The notes: generated by a model not told the origin, from the letters alone. A DNA stretch of 64,000 nt from SAR202 cluster bacterium (GCA_009392005.1 VFHL01000006.1:10671-74670); one strand, 5' to 3'. Positions 28,850 through 39,722 are shown, counted from the stretch's first letter. Numbers and translations are program-made.

Positions 28850-28977
28850 AGAAATGTCCTAATCCTCCTAAGAATTTCTTACTTCCAGATATGCCACAAG
28901 TACGCGTAGATGTTAGCAAAACTCGCCACTACGAGCAATCGTTCATCGACTAGAGAAAATACCTTCGCCCACGTTCA

Positions 28978-29940
28978 TCAGTCCATCGCTTTTATTTTAG
29001 CCAAAATCTCATCGTCTTCACTTAAATCCAATGAAAATGAAGAAGACAACTCACGTTTATACCAGTCGTAACTTTGCGCTAATCCCGAGGCCGTAGTCCA
29101 GCGAGGGGCATATCCTAAATCACGTCGCGCTTTATCAGTGCTATAAATCACGCACCGACGGGTTTGATATGGAAACGAGCGCATAGCAGGGGTCAATTCA
29201 TCAGGAACCGATACAATTTTGGGCGCGACTCCCACTGCATCAGCCATCGCGTTGAACCACCCACGTAAACTAGCATAATCTGGCCCTGCCCCATTGTAGC
29301 TTTGGCCATATGAACGAGGATTCCCCAAGCAGCTAATAAACATCTGTGCGATATCCTCTACATGCACCAAATGGGCAAGAGGAATGCCCCTAGTCGGTAA
29401 AAGTAAGGGCCTAGCATGCTCGAGTCGATAAAAGAAAGCAGGCTCCCTCCCTAAGGAATTGGTTCCTGCACCATAAACATATGATGGTCGGATTACACTG
29501 AAAGGGACACCCGTATTTTGGCTCCACGCAGCCAATGCCCGTTCAGCTAAAATCTTATTCCATCCGTATGATCCCCCACGTTCGTCAGGCATCAGTCGAT
29601 CATGTTCATGAATCGGATATATGAGGTTCCCAAAATAGACCGCTGTGGTACTTGTAAATACATAATGGCCAACTTTTCCCGTAAGTGCACCCAACGATCC
29701 TTGTATCTGCTCTGCCGTATATGCGGATATATCAAAGGCGGCGTCAAATGATCGGTTTTGCAATGCTCTGGCCACACTATCATCATCATCGCGATCAGCT
29801 TGAATTCTCTCTACTGATGATGGTACCGAAGCCTCTGTAACCCCGCGATTCAATATTGTTACTTCGTGATCTGCATTCAACAACTCATGTAACAGCGTGT
29901 AGCCAATGAATCGAGTTCCTCCCAATATCAATATCTTCAT
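28978..29940 (-). CDS. NAD-dependent epimerase/dehydratase family protein
   Basis: N-terminal ILILGGTRFIGYTL Rossmann motif, an extended-SDR fold. Confidence 0.78.
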   Translation of the reverse strand: MKILILGGTRFIGYTLLHELLNADHEVTILNRGVTEASVPSSVERIQADRDDDDSVARALQNRSFDAAFDISAYTAEQIQGSLGALTGKVGHYVFTSTTAVYFGNLIYPIHEHDRLMPDERGGSYGWNKILAERALAAWSQNTGVPFSVIRPSYVYGAGTNSLGREPAFFYRLEHARPLLLPTRGIPLAHLVHVEDIAQMFISCLGNPRSYGQSYNGAGPDYASLRGWFNAMADAVGVAPKIVSVPDELTPAMRSFPYQTRRCVIYSTDKARRDLGYAPRWTTASGLAQSYDWYKRELSSSFSLDLSEDDEILAKIKAMD

Positions 29941-30190
29941 ATCATCAACCTTCCCGATGGGAACTTTTATAAAAATGATGCTTTAACATTTGAACTGGCC
30001 TAATACCAAATAGTATACCCCGGGGTAGTCTTTAAGCTTGTAGCTTTTAAGGACATTGTGGTAAATCACAAAGGCGTGGCATCATGTAGTTTAAAAGAAC
30101 AGCTTGAAAACATAATCTATACAAAGCCTGTGGTGAATTGTATTTGAAGGTATGCAAAATCAATAATTCAAGAAAATACGTGGAACTTAA

Positions 30191-30730
30191 ATGAATTGTC
30201 CAAAATGTGGTACGGAATTTGAAAAAAATGCAGTCTTTTGCCAACAATGCGGTGAAGATGTACGAAAACATCAAGACTCCGACTTATTCGATTCTTCGAA
30301 AATTGTCCCTGTGATAGAAGACAATGTATTCAAGAGAGCAGCAGCAACAATCCTAGACATTTTCGTCTTAAATGGATTCAATTTACTCATACTTAACGTT
30401 TTGACCCCGTCATTCTTGTCGAGGTCACCACAACTCGAAATAACACTACTGATCGCAACAACAAGCTGTTATTTCATTGGACTGTGGACATTAAATGGCC
30501 AAACGGTCGGAAAGAAACTGTTTCGCCTCAAAGTTATTCAGACAGACGGAAATGACATCACGTTTCCATCGGCAATATACAGGTACATAACATTTGTTTT
30601 AATGACTTCAATTTTCTTCGTCGGCTGGTTCTTGAGTGCCTTTTTCCTGATAAATACCGCTCGGAACCAAGGAATCCACGACAAAATTGCACGTACGATT
30701 GTTGTTCGCATCCCTAAAGCTACTGAATGA
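30191..30730 (+). CDS. RDD-family membrane protein with N-terminal zinc ribbon
   Basis: CPKCG...CQQCG ribbon, then TM helices with the conserved R...D...D signature. Confidence 0.72.
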   Translation: MNCPKCGTEFEKNAVFCQQCGEDVRKHQDSDLFDSSKIVPVIEDNVFKRAAATILDIFVLNGFNLLILNVLTPSFLSRSPQLEITLLIATTSCYFIGLWTLNGQTVGKKLFRLKVIQTDGNDITFPSAIYRYITFVLMTSIFFVGWFLSAFFLINTARNQGIHDKIARTIVVRIPKATE

Positions 30731-30777
30731 GGTTCTTCCAAACAGGTAAACACAACAACCTCAAATCACGAAACCTC

Positions 30778-31674
30778 TCAATTATCTCTTCTAATCCGCC
30801 TGCCAACGATCCGAATACTCGGGAATAAAACTGGGGTGTTTCTCTTATAGTTGGCATACTCAGAGTTGTCACCCCATTTTTCATCAGCATATGCCTCCAG
30901 CATCGGCAATCCACTGATACGAGTCAACAAAAACCAAACAAAAACTGGGGACAATAACGTCAAAAACTGCCACCCGCTTAGTAAGGGAATCGCGATGATC
31001 GCTATGCCTAACCATAAAACAATCTCACCCAAATAATTAGGATGTCGCGAATAACCCCATAAACCATTAGTAATAAAGTTATCGCTGTTCTCAGGGAAGG
31101 ACCGGAAACGTTTTTTCTGGGCATCTGCAACCACTTCGACAAAAAATCCAACAACCCAAATACTTAAGCCCAAAATGGTCAGGAAACCGATTTCCGCATG
31201 ATCGTTGGATGACATAGCTGCTAACCCAGCAGCAAACGTCATAAAGATCCACCCCCCTTGTAAGGTCCACGTCATTAGGAACCTACCAAAACTGGATTTA
31301 ATATCGTTAAATCTTCTGTCTGACCCACTCGTAAGAATTCGAGAAAACAGGAAGAAACTGAGACGAAACGCCCATACCGAAACCAAGAACCCAATCATAT
31401 ATCCAACATCCGTAGTAGTATCCCTAACCAAAATTACAAATATAGCCAACGTGATATACGTCACGCCCCCTATAAGATCAAAAAAACGTTCCGTTCGAAA
31501 CAAATATGCGGGAATAAACGACAACCACTGAATCAAAAAAATGATCGCGACACAGATACCGAACAATGGGAGGCCAAAAATGTAAACACTACCTGCTCCT
31601 CCTAGAAACCCAATGATTGTACAAACAAAGACAACCGCTCCTATCACAGCGGTAGACTTCCATACCTCTCTCAA
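30778..31674 (-). CDS. polytopic membrane protein, DUF1295 / ICMT / steroid-5-alpha-reductase-like fold
   Basis: Seven or more TM helices and C-terminal GLWGYSRHPNYLGE motif. Confidence 0.6.
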   Translation of the reverse strand: MREVWKSTAVIGAVVFVCTIIGFLGGAGSVYIFGLPLFGICVAIIFLIQWLSFIPAYLFRTERFFDLIGGVTYITLAIFVILVRDTTTDVGYMIGFLVSVWAFRLSFFLFSRILTSGSDRRFNDIKSSFGRFLMTWTLQGGWIFMTFAAGLAAMSSNDHAEIGFLTILGLSIWVVGFFVEVVADAQKKRFRSFPENSDNFITNGLWGYSRHPNYLGEIVLWLGIAIIAIPLLSGWQFLTLLSPVFVWFLLTRISGLPMLEAYADEKWGDNSEYANYKRNTPVLFPSIRIVGRRIRRDN

Positions 31675-31844
31675 TCGATTTTCACCCCTAATAAATGTTT
31701 TTTTTGTCTCATCATTTTTGATTCAGAAAATGAGTGTACACCAGTGAACTTGCGAAATAGTTAGAATCCATTGGAGCGAAAATAGAAATAGGCACGCACT
31801 GACATCAGATTTCTTGTACACTCGCGACGAGAAGGAGAGTTTGA

Positions 31845-32975
31845 ATGTCACGCATTTCCACCAAGAAATTACTCATTCTGCTTATAGGAATCACTGCATT
31901 TACATTTGTTGGGTACACTCATTTCCAAGCAACCAAAGGTAGCGAGGTCATTAGTGCGCTAGCGATTCTTTGGATATTTGTACCTGCGCCAACCATCTAC
32001 ATCATTTCCCAGATCGCTCTAAGGAAACAACGTCGTGTTCGAGTTATAGTCAGGATTTATCTAGCAATTTCGTTCGTGATGGCGGCCTTAGTTTTGGGAG
32101 GAGTATCATGGATGGGTGCAAGTGATGCGATAGCCGCGAAATGCACTGCTGAGGAATTGGCCGAAGCTGGGGAGATTAGAGATTATCCATTCCTTGCGAC
32201 CCGTGCAGAACCAGTTACATTTCCGAGCATTCATGAATATCTGTTAACTGGATTCTTTATCTCCGGAACAGGTGGGGTACAAGAACAACAAAATATCAAT
32301 GAGGCGAATCCAACCGTCGCTATTATTAATGGTTATGGTAGTTGCTACCAAGAGGCTCTTGCGCACGGAGAGTTATTTGCGAAAGCTGGATATTCAGTGC
32401 TCCTTTTTGACCTCCGTTTCCAGGGCGAAAGCGGTGGGGCAAGTGTCACCGGTGGGTATTACGAACGTGGAGATGTTCTTGGAGCGATCGCATATCTTAA
32501 CGAACGCACAGACGTCGACCCACAAAGCATCGGATTATTTGGTTTATCCATGGGTGGATCGTTAGCAATTCTTGCCGCCGCCGACGTCCCGGAGATTAAA
32601 GCTGTCATCGCAGAATCTCCATACAAAAGCCTGCGAGCGGCAGTCTATGAATCATTCTATTATTTTGTCAAACTTCCAGCGTATCCTTTTGGTCCAATCG
32701 CAGTATGGATCATAGAGCGATCTGAAAATGCGCGAGCGGATGATGTTGTGCCACTAAATGAAGTCGACAAAATCGCGCCACGCCCTATATTAATCATTCA
32801 TGGAGCAAATGACCGTGTCATTGGCGCGCATAACTCACAAAGCATTTTTGACGCAGCAAAGCACCCAAAGGAGCTATGGATTGTCCCTGATTCGGGGCAT
32901 TCAGAAGCAATCGTAACAGCGGAGAAAGAATACATTAATCGAGTGATCGGCTTTTTTGATGAACATCTCCGATAA
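31845..32975 (+). CDS. alpha/beta hydrolase with N-terminal membrane anchor
   Basis: GLSMGG nucleophile elbow, IHGANDRV and DSGH catalytic residues. Two N-terminal TM helices. Confidence 0.75.
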   Translation: MSRISTKKLLILLIGITAFTFVGYTHFQATKGSEVISALAILWIFVPAPTIYIISQIALRKQRRVRVIVRIYLAISFVMAALVLGGVSWMGASDAIAAKCTAEELAEAGEIRDYPFLATRAEPVTFPSIHEYLLTGFFISGTGGVQEQQNINEANPTVAIINGYGSCYQEALAHGELFAKAGYSVLLFDLRFQGESGGASVTGGYYERGDVLGAIAYLNERTDVDPQSIGLFGLSMGGSLAILAAADVPEIKAVIAESPYKSLRAAVYESFYYFVKLPAYPFGPIAVWIIERSENARADDVVPLNEVDKIAPRPILIIHGANDRVIGAHNSQSIFDAAKHPKELWIVPDSGHSEAIVTAEKEYINRVIGFFDEHLR

Positions 32976-33018
32976 TAACGGAGATGGAAACACAATCTGA
33001 AATAGAAGGAGGTCGGCA

Positions 33019-33579
33019 TTGAAGGTATATACTAAACATGGTGACCAAGGCGAAACCGGCCTACTGTATGGCGGTCGTGTTTCTAAGGATGACCCACGAA
33101 CAGAGGCTTACGGCACTGTTGACGAAGCCGTGTCTTTACTTGGGCTCGCTCGTGCATTATCCCAAGAAGACCGTGTGAAAGAAATCCTACTGATTCTCCA
33201 GCGTCAACTCTTCACAGTGGGGGCGGAACTAGCAACAGATAATGACAAATATGAACTCTTCTTGAAACACTTCGCACCGATAACGTCTGAGATGGTAAAT
33301 GCACTTGAAAATTATATTGATGAGATAGACGCCCAAATCAATCTTCCACGTGCATTCGTTATCCCAGGAGCCTCTCCAGCGTCAGCCGCTGCTGATGCTG
33401 CAAGATCCGTGCTTCGGCGGGCAGAAAGGCGTGCAGTTACGCTTCATGAAACTAACAGTGTTAATAATATCGAGATCTTACGTTACTTGAATCGTGCGGC
33501 CGACTTAATATTTATGCTGGCGCGCTTTGAAGACAAATTGTTACCCGACGAAATCCTCACCGGGGAGACCCAAAACTAG
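33019..33579 (+). CDS. ATP:cob(I)alamin adenosyltransferase, PduO type
   Basis: YTKHGDQGETGL N-terminal motif of PduO/MMAB. TTG start with GGAGGT SD. Confidence 0.85.
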   Translation: MKVYTKHGDQGETGLLYGGRVSKDDPRTEAYGTVDEAVSLLGLARALSQEDRVKEILLILQRQLFTVGAELATDNDKYELFLKHFAPITSEMVNALENYIDEIDAQINLPRAFVIPGASPASAAADAARSVLRRAERRAVTLHETNSVNNIEILRYLNRAADLIFMLARFEDKLLPDEILTGETQN

Positions 33580-33588
33580 AAACTGGAC

Positions 33589-34215
33589 ATGGATACTATG
33601 CCTCAAATCCCAATAGCAATTGTTGATTATGGTGCTGGAAACCTACGGAGTGTTGAAAAGGCACTCGAGCACCTAGGCCACAAGCCTGTAATCACGTCAA
33701 ATCCAAAAGATGTCCAAAATGCCCCTGTCGTGATATTCCCCGGACAGGGAATCGCGGGACCCTGCATGCAAAACTTACAAGAGTCCGGACTATTAGAATC
33801 GCTGAAAGAAAGAGCGATTGAAAACAAACCCATTTTCGGAGTTTGCCTTGGACTACAATTACTGCTCTCATGGACCGAAGAGGGGAGCCAAGATTGCTTA
33901 GGCATCATAGATGGAAAAAACATCCGTTTCCCCCAAAAAGCAAAGGTGCCACATATGGGTTGGAATGGGGTATCCCAAACCAGCGATCACCCATTATTTA
34001 AGAATGTTAATGATAAGACACAATTCTATTTCGTTCATAGTTATTACGCCGTACCTTACGATACGTCTGTTGTTATTGGGACAACCGAATATCAAATAGA
34101 TTTCGCGAGTGTAATCGTTAAAGACAAACTTGCCGCAACTCAATTTCACCCAGAAAAAAGTGGCGTCCAAGGACTTCAGATTTATTCCAATTTCTTAGAA
34201 TACGCAATCGACTGA
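33589..34215 (+). CDS. hisH: imidazole glycerol phosphate synthase, glutamine amidotransferase subunit
   Basis: GVCLGLQ catalytic Cys, and the HS...HPEKS triad. Confidence 0.9.
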   Translation: MDTMPQIPIAIVDYGAGNLRSVEKALEHLGHKPVITSNPKDVQNAPVVIFPGQGIAGPCMQNLQESGLLESLKERAIENKPIFGVCLGLQLLLSWTEEGSQDCLGIIDGKNIRFPQKAKVPHMGWNGVSQTSDHPLFKNVNDKTQFYFVHSYYAVPYDTSVVIGTTEYQIDFASVIVKDKLAATQFHPEKSGVQGLQIYSNFLEYAID

Positions 34216-34286
34216 TAGTAAAAATGTTATAGCGCGAATGATCAAGGTAAAGTATGAGTAATCTTAGTTCAAAAGGAACATCATAA

Positions 34287-35012
34287 TTGGAGATAATTCC
34301 GGCAATCGATATCCGTGGAGGACATGCGGTCCGTCTGTTTCAAGGTGACTATACCAAAGAAACTGTTTTCTCTGATTCGCCCGTAGACGTTGCGCAACAA
34401 TGGGCTAACTCAGCGCCCAGAAGAATTCACATTGTTGATCTCGACGGTGCACGGGATGGCAAATCGACAAATCGCTCAATTATCCAATCAATTTGCAAAA
34501 GGATCGATGTACCCATACAAGTTGGCGGCGGAATACGTTCATTAAATACGATCCGGCAATACTTGGAAGACGGTGTTCAGCGCGTAATATTGGGAACCGT
34601 TGCAATTGAAAATCCCCAGTTAGTTCAAAAAGCGTGTGAAATTTTTGGAGATGCGATAATAGTAGGTATAGATGCGAGAAATGGTTTTGTAGCAACGCAC
34701 GGCTGGTTGGGAAATTCTCTGACCGAAGCAAGCTCCTTAATTTCACAAATGGAAAAACTCGGCGTCCAGCGTTTCATTTATACGGATATAGGAAGAGATG
34801 GAACCCTTGAGGGACCGAACTTGGATGAACTCAAAATGGTCATTGAATCAGCAACTAAACCTGTAATTGCCTCAGGCGGTGTAGGAAGCTTGAGTGACCT
34901 CAAAATCCTCCGCAAAACTCAGGCAGAGGGAGTCATAATTGGCCAAGCTTTATACACAGATAAGATCAGCATCAATGACGCTTTAGCAATAGCCTCGGAA
35001 TCTGCAAACTAG
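34287..35012 (+). CDS. hisA: ProFAR isomerase (TIM barrel)
   Basis: IIPAIDIRGG N-terminus and GGGIRS, GVGSLSDL phosphate-binding motifs. TTG start. Confidence 0.88.
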   Translation: MEIIPAIDIRGGHAVRLFQGDYTKETVFSDSPVDVAQQWANSAPRRIHIVDLDGARDGKSTNRSIIQSICKRIDVPIQVGGGIRSLNTIRQYLEDGVQRVILGTVAIENPQLVQKACEIFGDAIIVGIDARNGFVATHGWLGNSLTEASSLISQMEKLGVQRFIYTDIGRDGTLEGPNLDELKMVIESATKPVIASGGVGSLSDLKILRKTQAEGVIIGQALYTDKISINDALAIASESAN

Positions 35013-37387
35013 TAAATTATCTTTTCACTCTTTAAGCGCTCGATCTCAGCATCTGACATTCCGAGCAGCCCCCCGAATATCTTTTCGTTTTGGGCTCCTT
35101 GTTCGGGGCCAGCCATCCTAACTCTCCCTGGAGATTCGGACATTTCTACTAATGGTCCTCGGAATTCTACCTCTCCATGAGGATCAATGGCCTCTCGACG
35201 CAAAAAACCACGTTCTCTCAAATGCAAATCATGATATATATCTTCGTTATTTGACACTTCAAAAGCCGGAACACCTGCTTTTTGCAACAAGGTCATAGCC
35301 TGTCGAGGGGTCCGTTGTGATGTCCATTCCGTAATTTGGGCATCGATTTCCGCAGCATTTTCTCGGCGCAAAGCGTGAGTGCCAAAACGGGAGTCTTCAG
35401 CCCAATCAGAATCATCAAGAGCGCCCAATAAAGCATTCCAGTGATCATCAGTTTCACATGAAATTGCAACCCAACCATCATAGCCTTGAGCCCGATAAAC
35501 ACCAAACGGCGCGGCAACAGGATGAGAATTCCCTAATGGCTTTAATTCACGGCCGTTAATCAACGTATCCATGTAAAGAGGTGCGAAGACATAAGCGAGA
35601 CCTTCAACTTGTGCGACCTCAATATATTGTCCTTCACCAGTTCCATCTCGGTGTTCGAGGGCAGCAAGAATTGCCATATCCATCTGCGCGGCCGCCACAT
35701 CGTCAGGATAAGGTATCTTTGGATGTGCTTCCATAGGCGACTCTTCGTATCCCCAGAGATAAATACCTCCGCTATAACCCATTAATTGTTGGCCGTAAGT
35801 GGTCCACCAATTAAACGGTCCAGTCTTACCCATCGGTGGCATCCCCACAACAATAATGTCTTCTTTCGCTGAGCGAAGCTCCTCATAACTCAAACCTAAA
35901 TTGTCCATGACCTGATACGTGAAATTCTCTATTATCACGTCTGCATGTTTGACTAATTCTAAGAAAAGATCACGTGCTCGCGGATCCTTCAAATTCAATT
36001 CAATACTTTCTTTATCTCTGTTAATTCCATCGAATTGCGGTACACGAAGTTCTAATTGGCGAAAAGTATCAATCAAGTTTGATTCAATCTTGATTACTTG
36101 GGCACCGTAATCACCCAATATCGATGTGCCAGTAGGGCCTGACCGTACCCGTGTGAAATCCAATATTCGCACACCCTCCAAAGGCAGATCTCCAGACCTC
36201 TCTTTATTGATGGCAGACGTCCTTGAGCCTTGAGGTTGAATATCTGACAAAATTTCAACGCGATGCTCATCAAGTTGAGGTGCTGGCCGCGAAAGATTCC
36301 ATGGGGTTTTAGATAATATGAATGGTGCCTTAAGAGTTTTGTAATTACCGGCCACCGGATGTTCGCGCTCAACAATCAAACCTCGTGCCTTGGTTTGTTC
36401 ACTCTCTAAGAAAATAGATGGCGTACTGACAGGTGCTACAGGAATATGTCGTTCTTGAGCCTCGTTCACAAAATCCCACATGTTAAAGTCGGAAATGAAT
36501 CCTTCATATAAAGCTGCGATCACATCTGCATGAGCCCTCCTATATTCTTGGTCAGATTTGTATGGTTCTTCCGATAGCAATGGATCTTCCATCCAACCTA
36601 TCTCCATTGCCTGCCATGCTCGCTTACTGAAGGGCGCAATTATGATATGGCCATCTTGTACTGCATAGATACTGGCTCCCCCAAACGGTTGAGAACCCAC
36701 TCTGCGAACAACATCGCGGCTGCCGAGATATTGAAGAACTGAACCTCCATACAAAAATATTAAAGCCTGCTGTAATGAAAGATCAATCCATTGACCTATG
36801 CCGGTGGACCTTCTGTAGCGCAAAGCGGAAAGGATCGCAAAGGAGCCAATAAGACCCCCAAGTTGATACCCTTGAAAACTTGGAGCAACACATGGCGCCA
36901 TCTCATTATCCCCAGCCCAAGACATATACCCACTACTCGCCATTGCAATCAAATCGTCGCCTTGGAAATCTTTATGTGGCCCAGATTGCCCAAACACGGT
37001 GGCAGACAAAAGAATTATTCCAGGGTGCAATTGACGCAATTGCTCGTAACCAAGACCGATACTTTCCAAATATCCTTGATGAAAAGATTCAATCACAATA
37101 TCAGCGCTACGAACCAATTCTAAAAATTGAGCGCGGTCTCCAGCGTTTTCCAGATCGAGAGCAATACTCCTCTTACCAGAATCAAAATGCAGATGGTAAA
37201 TCCCGTGCTCAACATCTTCCTTATCATTCGCAAACGGTGGATATGTGCGTATCCGATCACCTGATGGAGGCTCGACTTTAATAACATCTGCACCAAGGCC
37301 AGCCAGCCAGAAACTACAAACCGCAGCAGCAGGACCTCCCACTTCAATAACCTTTACGTGCTTTAAAGCCCCATTATTTTCAGGCAT
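35009..37387 (-). CDS. tandem-fused double family-III CoA-transferase (CaiB/BaiF) protein
   Basis: Two complete CaiB-like modules in one chain, VKVIEVGGP... and VRILDFTRVRSGP.... The start is chosen as ATG at 37387 with GGGGA SD. The ORF track extends to 37402. Confidence 0.85.
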   Translation of the reverse strand: MPENNGALKHVKVIEVGGPAAAVCSFWLAGLGADVIKVEPPSGDRIRTYPPFANDKEDVEHGIYHLHFDSGKRSIALDLENAGDRAQFLELVRSADIVIESFHQGYLESIGLGYEQLRQLHPGIILLSATVFGQSGPHKDFQGDDLIAMASSGYMSWAGDNEMAPCVAPSFQGYQLGGLIGSFAILSALRYRRSTGIGQWIDLSLQQALIFLYGGSVLQYLGSRDVVRRVGSQPFGGASIYAVQDGHIIIAPFSKRAWQAMEIGWMEDPLLSEEPYKSDQEYRRAHADVIAALYEGFISDFNMWDFVNEAQERHIPVAPVSTPSIFLESEQTKARGLIVEREHPVAGNYKTLKAPFILSKTPWNLSRPAPQLDEHRVEILSDIQPQGSRTSAINKERSGDLPLEGVRILDFTRVRSGPTGTSILGDYGAQVIKIESNLIDTFRQLELRVPQFDGINRDKESIELNLKDPRARDLFLELVKHADVIIENFTYQVMDNLGLSYEELRSAKEDIIVVGMPPMGKTGPFNWWTTYGQQLMGYSGGIYLWGYEESPMEAHPKIPYPDDVAAAQMDMAILAALEHRDGTGEGQYIEVAQVEGLAYVFAPLYMDTLINGRELKPLGNSHPVAAPFGVYRAQGYDGWVAISCETDDHWNALLGALDDSDWAEDSRFGTHALRRENAAEIDAQITEWTSQRTPRQAMTLLQKAGVPAFEVSNNEDIYHDLHLRERGFLRREAIDPHGEVEFRGPLVEMSESPGRVRMAGPEQGAQNEKIFGGLLGMSDAEIERLKSEKIIY

Positions 37388-37538
37388 AAGATTTCCCCTC
37401 ATATTAAATCTTTAAAACATAGACTAACATCGAAAATGTGCTGGAAAAAGGCTCTAAATATTAAACAATAGCCAGACAAATGTCATGACACCGGAAATTG
37501 GTGATCATTCTCATACCTTGTTATGATATTGAGACATC

Positions 37539-39722
37539 ATGTTGAATGCTTCAGACACTATCTTAAATAACCTTAACGCCAAGCAACGCGAAGCCGTTGA
37601 GTCTATTGAGGGACCGCTGTTAGTCCTAGCTGGCCCGGGCAGCGGAAAAACACGAGTCATCACACACAGAATCGCATATCTTACTCGGGTATTTGGTGTG
37701 GCACCTAGAAATGTACTCGCCGTAACATTTACAAATAAGGCGGCGAAAGAGATGTCTGAGCGACTTGAATCGCTGATTGGTACAAATGAGACAAATTACC
37801 GGAACCCGACAGTTGGTACTTTTCACTCTCTTGGCGTGCAAATTTTGCGCTCCCATGGCGACAGAATCGGCATCAATAAGGATTTTGTGATTTATGATCA
37901 AGCAGATCAGCTATCAACTATACGCCGGTCACTTGATCAGCTGGGATTAGACCCAAAAAGATATAATCCAAACGCAATCCTAGCCGGAATCTCCGGCGCA
38001 AAAAACCAGATGCTCACTCTAGAGGATCACGCTGCAAAACGAACACATTACTTTGAGGAAATAGTACATCGAGTGTATGAGTTATATGACAATCTACTAA
38101 ATCGGGCCAATGCAGTTGATTTTGATGATCTGTTGATGAAATCTGTTTTGTTGTTTCAAAATGAGCCAGAAATTTTGAAACTTTACCAAGACCGCTATTT
38201 ATATGTACTCGTTGATGAATATCAAGATACGAATGTGTGCCAATACAACCTGATGAATCAAATAACGGAGCATCACAAAAACATCTGCGCAGTTGGTGAC
38301 CCGGACCAATCTATCTATTCATGGCGACACGCCGACATCCAAAATATCCTGAATTTTGAAAATGATTACCCCGAGGCAAAAACTGTTTTATTGGAACAAA
38401 ATTATAGGTCAACTCAACACATTCTGGATGGAGCTAAAGCAGTAATAGCACCGAACCAGCAAAGAAAAGACATGCCACTCTGGACAGATAAAGAAGCAGG
38501 GCCTCCAATCAACTTGATCATCAGTTCAAGTGAACAAGAAGAGGCTCTCTCTGTTGTCAGTGAAATCGTACGATTGGAACGAGAAGGACTTGCACAACCA
38601 GGTGGGTGCGCAATCATGTACCGTACGAATGCACAATCACGAGCTCTTGAGGATGCCTTCAACAGATATGGAATGCCATACCATTTAATTGGCGGATTAC
38701 GTTTTTGGGAGCGTAAAGAGATTAAAGACGTTATAGCCTATCTTCGTGTAATTCAAAATCCATCTGATGATGTTAGCTTAAATCGAATAATAAACGTTCC
38801 AAATCGATCTATCGGGCAGAAAACGGTTGAAGAACTTACGACATGGAGTATTGAAAACAATGTGCCACTGTATTCTGCACTGAAAGTCGCCTTAACTGAT
38901 TCTGAACAAGCGGCCACAGATTCCAATGGACCCAGGCTTCAAACTCGAGCTGTAAAATCAATCAAGGCGCTCTTAGAGATCTTTGACTCTTTTGTTCGAG
39001 ACAGCAAGAACATTTCAATTGTTGAACTATTAGATGTGGTAACTGAAAAAACGGGCTATAGACAATCATTGCTCAATGAAGACGATGGTGAAGAACGCTG
39101 GGATAATGTTCAAGAACTACGTACAGTTGCAGCGCAAATTGAAGAACTAGATGGAGAACTAGCTCTTTCAGCTTTTCTAGAAAGTGCCAGTTTAGCTTCA
39201 GATATTGACAAGATAGAAGATGAATCTGGGGCCGCAACATTAATTACCCTCCATCAAGCGAAGGGATTGGAATTCCCAACAGTATTCATCGTGGGTATGG
39301 AAGACAATTTGTTGCCTCACAGTAGGTCGAAGGAAGACCCAGTCCAATTAGAGGAAGAGCGTCGCATATGTTACGTTGGCATGACCCGAGCTAAGGAGCG
39401 CCTCTATCTCTTGCGAGCAACTCACCGAAGCCTATTTGGATCACGCCTGAGTAATCCTCCATCACCTTTCCTCGCAAATATCCCAGAAATCAAAACTCAG
39501 GGTACCAATGATTTTTCTGCAACCGAAAACAAAAAGACAATACTTGAAATGCCAGCCATCGATCTCCGAGCTGGAGACCATGTTGAACACACGTCCTACG
39601 GGGAAGGAATCGTAATCGGTATTCTGCCTGAAACAGGGGATGCCCAAATCACGGTAGCCTTCAAGGGTAACGCAGGAGTTAAACGGCTATTGTATTCTCT
39701 CGCTAAGTTACGCAAATTATGA
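37539..39722 (+). CDS. uvrD: ATP-dependent DNA helicase, UvrD/PcrA family
   Basis: Walker A AGPGSGKTRV, DEYQDTN, and the C-terminal UvrD Tudor-like tail. Confidence 0.9.
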   Translation: MLNASDTILNNLNAKQREAVESIEGPLLVLAGPGSGKTRVITHRIAYLTRVFGVAPRNVLAVTFTNKAAKEMSERLESLIGTNETNYRNPTVGTFHSLGVQILRSHGDRIGINKDFVIYDQADQLSTIRRSLDQLGLDPKRYNPNAILAGISGAKNQMLTLEDHAAKRTHYFEEIVHRVYELYDNLLNRANAVDFDDLLMKSVLLFQNEPEILKLYQDRYLYVLVDEYQDTNVCQYNLMNQITEHHKNICAVGDPDQSIYSWRHADIQNILNFENDYPEAKTVLLEQNYRSTQHILDGAKAVIAPNQQRKDMPLWTDKEAGPPINLIISSSEQEEALSVVSEIVRLEREGLAQPGGCAIMYRTNAQSRALEDAFNRYGMPYHLIGGLRFWERKEIKDVIAYLRVIQNPSDDVSLNRIINVPNRSIGQKTVEELTTWSIENNVPLYSALKVALTDSEQAATDSNGPRLQTRAVKSIKALLEIFDSFVRDSKNISIVELLDVVTEKTGYRQSLLNEDDGEERWDNVQELRTVAAQIEELDGELALSAFLESASLASDIDKIEDESGAATLITLHQAKGLEFPTVFIVGMEDNLLPHSRSKEDPVQLEEERRICYVGMTRAKERLYLLRATHRSLFGSRLSNPPSPFLANIPEIKTQGTNDFSATENKKTILEMPAIDLRAGDHVEHTSYGEGIVIGILPETGDAQITVAFKGNAGVKRLLYSLAKLRKL

